Source of the DNA: Hypanus sabinus
Taxonomy: Eukaryota
NCBI RefSeq assembly: GCF_030144855.1
Contig: NC_082709.1
Coordinates: 140,306,001 to 140,370,000 of the forward strand
Reading direction: 5' to 3'
DNA length: 64,000 bases
The position numbers and the translations under genes are program-made. Positions 58,536 to 64,000 of the stretch are shown here, in pieces. Within the stretch, counting starts at the first letter, position 1. Each line of letters begins with the position of its first letter. The notes under the pieces were generated by a model that did not search any database, had not been told where the DNA came from, and worked only from the letters and a program-made list of their open reading frames with translations.

Positions 58536-61500
58536 CCTCAAATTCATTCTCAATGTATTAGAATGTCTTTGTTCTCTTCATTTTACAACTCCTACATTCT
58601 TTGTTCTATGCTGTCACTCTCTAATTGCACCTATTCGCTCATCAACCACTTATCCTCTTTTTGCAGCTTATCCCTATGGGCAACCCAGTTTTACCCTATT
58701 TTAGACATCCCACTCCCCACACTCCCTACAACTGTACAAGCTTCATTCATTTTTTTTCCCAATTCTGATGTAGTGTCATCGACCAGAAATGTTAACTCTG
58801 TTTCTCTTTGACTTGGTTGGACCTGCTGAGTATTTCCAATGCTTTCTGCTTATATTTTGAGTGATGGTTATTAATACTAACCACATGCAATGTGCAGTTC
58901 TCAGAAATTGGGCATTTCCTCAAATGTGATACATCTGTAATCTTTTGGCAATATTTTTCTTTCTGTGGAAAGTGTTTGGCTCTTGGGAAGAATACATATA
59001 CCAAAATACTTAGGTAGGTATTTCTTGTGGTGTTTGTTGTAGGTATATTTCTAAATAGATCTAATTAAACATGTCATAATATTTTAAAAACATTGTGTAC
59101 AATTGAAACGTGCAACAGCTGGCTCCCATGGTGATTCATTAATTACTAATTACTAATCACTAATCCTACAGATTAGCTGAGCTAATGTAGATCAGCAAGA
59201 GTAACCAACCAACCATACTGCAGTTGGTCTACCATTCAGTGTCCAAGCAGCTAGCAAAAACGCAACTGAACTTATCCAGGCACAACATACAACAACAGGA
59301 AGCTGGCAGAAACACTCAGTACATAAACAGCAGCCTGCTGTCAAAGCCACGCACTCAGTAAAATCTGCAAACAGACTGAAGTTTGGCACCAGAAACACTC
59401 CCTAGCCCATTAGAGGTGGGGGCAGAAAGCGTCCCAGGGAGACTACTGGACATTTATATACAGAAGCTGTTGAAAAGTAACCTGCAAAATAGGTGGCTGA
59501 TATATCTACACAGATAATAGAAGTACTATTCTGAAGATGACTTTCAAAGGCTTTAGGAAATAGTCTGAATCCTTTTTCAGTAGCTGGAAGACAACAAAAA
59601 TAAAATGGCTTTGCACAGATTGAATGGTTAAGACTGCTGAACCATGAACATTTGCTCAAGGTTTCCATGCACTAAATGAAGCCATAATGATAATGCAGTG
59701 AATAATTTTGGCCTCTGTACTTCCCACGTGGTGAGGTGCAGACACCAGAATAAATAAATCTTTTTCCTCCTCCTCATTTATCTTGGTGCCTCCCCAGTCA
59801 CTGCTCAACCACCAGTTGCTGGCCCCTCCCTTCCACTCCACCAATGTGTTTCTGTTCTTCGTATCAACCCTGCTCCTCAGTCTTTCTCCGCTTTTTCCAC
59901 CAAAGAAACAACAGATAATAACGTTTTGCATTCCTATAGCAAAACTCTTGAGTTCAGATTGCCACATTACGTACTGCAGTCGATGTACTTTTGAAGGGTA
60001 GTCATTATGTTAATGCAGTATATGCAACAGCCAGTTAGCGCAGAACAAACTGAAACAAATAGCAGGGAGCCTCTATGGAAAGTCTTATCCTTGGAATATG
60101 ACTATCAGGGACAGGGGAACTGAGGGAATTGAATGGAGTCCTTGTTTGAATAAGGTGGGAGGAAGTTTAGTGAAGGTAGTTGTGGAAGCCTATGGGTTTG
60201 TAATTGTTTATAGTTAACTTATCCCATGAGGTGGAAACAAAAGGATCCATCAAGGGAACAGAAGAGTTAGATGACAGAACACAGAACAGTATGGCATGGG
60301 ACAGGCCATTGGCTCCAGAACTTCGTGCTGATCTTGATGGCAATTTATATTATACTCAATGTCCTCCACCTCCTCCTTTTTATCATCATGGTCATATGTC
60401 TATCTAAAACCCTCTTAAACTTTACCAAACTGCTTGCTTCCACAATTCTGTTAACGCATTCCAGGTATATACTAATTCCTCCATTTCAAAAAAAAAATTA
60501 ACCGACTTTTCCTTTAAACTCCTCTCCAATCTTAAAAGCATTAAGATTTTAGAGATTAATTTCTCTTAAGATTAAGAGAGAGTAACAATGAGAAATTGAT
60601 ATAAATTTTTTTGACGAGGACAAGAAGAACATAAATCTACCTCAGCAGTAAAGTATTGTTTACTAACTTCAGTTGGACTTTCAAAAAGCTAGTCTGTGTG
60701 ACAGCTTTTCCAGCGTAGACACAAGACCCCCAGATGTTTATGAGGAGCAGTTCACAAGTTAGTCTGTATTGGGAGAATCTTTGTCTTGTCTAAATTTGAT
60801 ATCTGGGTCTGATTTTGTTCTTGTTTTTTTTTTGGCATAATGGCCATAAGTGCCTTGCTTGCCTACTTCTGCATTGGGTTTGGAGTCATATATTGTATCA
60901 TAGGTTTCCTACAGTAAAAGGCATGAGTGAAACAAATAGGACTTCATGATATTCTGGCCATATTGTGACCCGCCTTTCTAATAACTACCTTGCTTAAAAA
61001 GTCTAGGATATTAACTGAGTTTTAAGTTTCACTTTTGCCAAGGTGGGACTTGAACTGCAGCATCTCAAGTATTAGTACAGGCCCGATGAATGGCAGGTCC
61101 AGTTACTGAACAGCTGCACTCCCACCACCTGCAGTCTCATTGCAGCTTCTGAGGCTTCAGAAAAGTGTATTTTAATATTTGCAGAAGGTCTAAACACTGA
61201 AAATAACTGAATGTAAATTCAATGGTATTTTTGGAAGGCAAAACAATTTATTTCAGTGTGAAAATACAGTAAAAGTGAAAAACAACAATTATTTTGGACT
61301 GGGTCTCATAAAGTGAGCAGTGCGTGCAGTAATTTAGGTACAGCACTTACTTCTAATCACAGTTTATTGGTATGGTATTACTTTTCTTCTGCTTGATGAT
61401 TCTGGGCTCCATGGCTAATTGGCTGTCTATGGGCCCCATACAAGCAGGGTCCACATCAATTGAAGAATGAATTAGGCAATACATGAATGTTACACACAGT

Positions 61501-62643
61501 GGGTGGGGAGGAAGGGTTAAAGTAAGAAAATGTTTCACGTGGGAGAGAAACACTGGTAGAGGTGATGAACTTAGTACTATATGATTATATTGTTTCAGTG
61601 TTTCTTTAAAAGTGCTTAGAATAAATCTGGTATCATAAGGTACTATCAGTAATGATGATGGTAACGAATAGTTTGTAATAAAAGTCACTTTGTTCACTGA
61701 TGCATTTCAGGAAAGGAAATACATTGCCCTCACCCATTCTACTTTAGTTGTTAGACCCTCCAATGTGATTGATACTCAGTTGCCCACTGAAATGGCCTGG
61801 GAAACTATTTGTATTAGAATGCATTTGTGGTGGATAATACATGCTAGCCTCACTAACAATGCCCAAATGCTGTGAACAAACAAACAAACAAAAGCAGGCT
61901 CAGATAAAAATCTCAGTGATTGTACAACTTGTTCTACATTATATGTGGTGGTCTAGAATTCATGCTTTTGCAGCTGGACACCGTGTTTAACTGTGATCTT
62001 AGTTCTAAAGCACATGCGCACAACACTTAGCTTGTTGCCATGCATTAGGCTGCACAGTTATTTTCATGCTATACTACACTTCAGCTCTCATTTCTTCATT
62101 ATTAGATGTCAGATCGAAAGACACCTGTAGGAAGTCTTATTTGCTTGTTGATTTCTGATAGCTGGAAAGGAAGTTGTGCAAAAGAGAGAATGTGACCCAC
62201 TCTTTGTAGGTGGAGACCCTTGTATGCTTGCAGGGGAGGTGTTGAGGAACAGACATGTGCTCTGCAATGTGTGGCAAGATGGTCCCCAGAGCTGAAATCA
62301 AGTAACAGGAAATGAATGAAATCACACCCACAAGTGAACATCCCAGACTTGGCAACAGTGTAAAATAGATTCCACCGTCTCACTCATTCTTTTAATTTTA
62401 TGTAATAAATGTAGCCTTCTATCAGCAATTGCATGTGTAGAACTCATAGAGTATCTGAACTACTTCTATACACTGCACACATAACCAGACCACACACTCA
62501 GTGAACTATCTCAGTAATACAGCCATGTCTCTTTAAAAACTTATTTCCTTTTAACTTCTGCAGTTCACAACTCACATGACAGACATACTATTGAAGTATG
62601 TAGTCACATGACAATATGGTAGAAATCGGCTATCTAACCCCCA

Positions 62644-63554
62644 ATTCAGATTCAGATTCAGATTCAGTTTATTGTCATTTAGAAACCACAAATGCAATGC
62701 AGTTTAAAAAATGAGACGACGTTCCTCCAGAATGATATCACAAAAGCACATGACTACACTAGAAAATCCACATAACATTTGGCAATCCTCAATCCAGAGT
62801 CCGGAGGGGCTGCTGCGTATTAATATCACGCTACCGACTAGCGCGTTCCCCGGAAAGGAGCTCCAAATCCACCAGACAAACAAGACCAAAAACTAAAGCT
62901 ACAAGACCTGCACAAAACCACATTGTTACAACATATAGTTACAACAGTGCAAACAATAGCATAATTGATTAAAAAAAAGACTATGGACACAGTAAAAAAA
63001 AGACCAAAGATGTTAAAGGACTATAAGTGCAAAAAGAAACCACCACACAGTTTCCACAAGTCCCCAGGGTCCCGACAGACTTGCCAGCCCACGCCGGCGG
63101 CAGAAGAGAATACCTCCGCTATGGACTTCCACAGCGCTGCCCCACTCAGCCTCGCAGACGCAGCACACACCAAAAGCTCCGTCGAACCCAGCCTCGCAGA
63201 CACAGCACACACCAAAAGCAATCTAACCACAGCGGATTCCAAGTCCGTCGAACCTCTGACCATCCCCTCTGGCACAGCTTCTCCGAGCACCATCCTCTGC
63301 CAAGCGTATTAAGACGGCCCTGCCAACAGCCATCGGCAACGCGACCCCGAGAACTGGGAGCCTGTTCTTCCCAGCAGAATCCCAGACCTCACAGAAGCAG
63401 CAGCAATGAAGAAGGTCTTTCTGGAGATTTCCAGATGTTCCTCTGTGCTCCCACATCCATTTTCAATCGATTATGATTGTGCACTGCACCCTACTTCACA
63501 AATAACAGATAATCAGTTCAGGAGTGGCCGCTGCAAGCTGCGTCGCGCCATCTT
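62644..63554 (-). mobile_element. Young non-coding Rex1/L2-tailed retroelement (SINE-like)
   Basis: Starts AAGATGGCGCGACG, retains many CpGs, ends AATAAA plus (CTGAAT)4; the tail type is shared with the Rex1 copy at 35290. Confidence 0.7.
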
Positions 63555-64000
63555 ATTTCCATGTCTCAATGAAGCTAAAGGCACACTGAACAGTGAAGAA
63601 AAAGGTGCTGGATGTTCTCTATAGAAAGGTGCTTTGGACCTTAGACCCAGCCACTCCCCCCCCCCCAAAGAAAACTAATGTAGTTATTACTTCTCTTTTA
63701 TCGCATAGGCCAAGTAATAGATCACAACTAATCCAAAGAAAGAGCATGTCACTGCGCAGGATTCCCATGTCTGGCCATTTACCTATTGCTTCTGTGCTGC
63801 CCCCACACTCCACTTACATCATCAGCACCTTTGCCTCAGTAATGTCTCAAAGCTAAGTAGGCAAATAAAAATGTAATGCATAAGATAGTGTTTTGAGTTA
63901 CTGTTGCCTTTCTGCCAGTGCCCATTCCATAATTTTATGTGTGATTTGTATTAGTATCTTTATGTAGAGTTGAACAGTGTGGAAAAAGGCTAATTGGCTC

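Noticed and set aside
59205-59405. ATG-less 66-codon open frame rich in Thr/Gln/Ala as a candidate cytoplasmic exon
   Set aside because: No in-frame acceptor links it to exon 4, it has no signalling motif, and an ORF of this length is expected by chance.
62965-63476. Overlapping 115-149 aa ORFs
   Set aside because: They lie in a GC-rich non-coding repeat, are open in several frames at once, and have no domain signature.
1-64000. CRISPR arrays, operons or prokaryotic/viral defence systems
   Set aside because: No repeat-spacer arrays or gene-dense regions; the sequence is intron- and retroelement-rich vertebrate DNA.

Overview
Eukaryotic vertebrate genomic DNA. The repeat families (CR1 with esterase ORF1, Rex1/Babar, Penelope tails, tRNA-SINEs) suggest a cartilaginous fish, probably a ray (inference). 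I found one host gene: a + strand CD200/OX-2-like Ig-superfamily gene with four coding exons (signal peptide 22908-22950, IgV1 38655-38990, IgV2 41354-41683, membrane-anchor exon from 53378), all joined in phase 1, with its first exon in a CpG-rich island. It has a V-V architecture instead of CD200's V-C2. V1 combines CD200-type cysteines with nectin/PVR/TIGIT-type lock-and-key motifs. As assembled, the anchor exon stops at the end of a hydrophobic stretch, which is either a GPI-like signal or a 1-bp homopolymer lesion or error. The rest is mostly decayed mobile DNA: a tandemly repeated chimeric Gypsy/BEL unit (1-8420) with an RTE insertion, a full-length chromovirus LTR element nested in a Rex1 LINE, many CR1, Rex1 and Penelope pieces (several with minimal hammerhead-ribozyme motifs), and Chapaev, Tc1, piggyBac-like and other MITE remnants. 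No prokaryotic features, CRISPR arrays, rRNA or true tRNA genes were seen. All alignments were done by eye, and TE boundaries are approximate unless a TSD or TIR is quoted.
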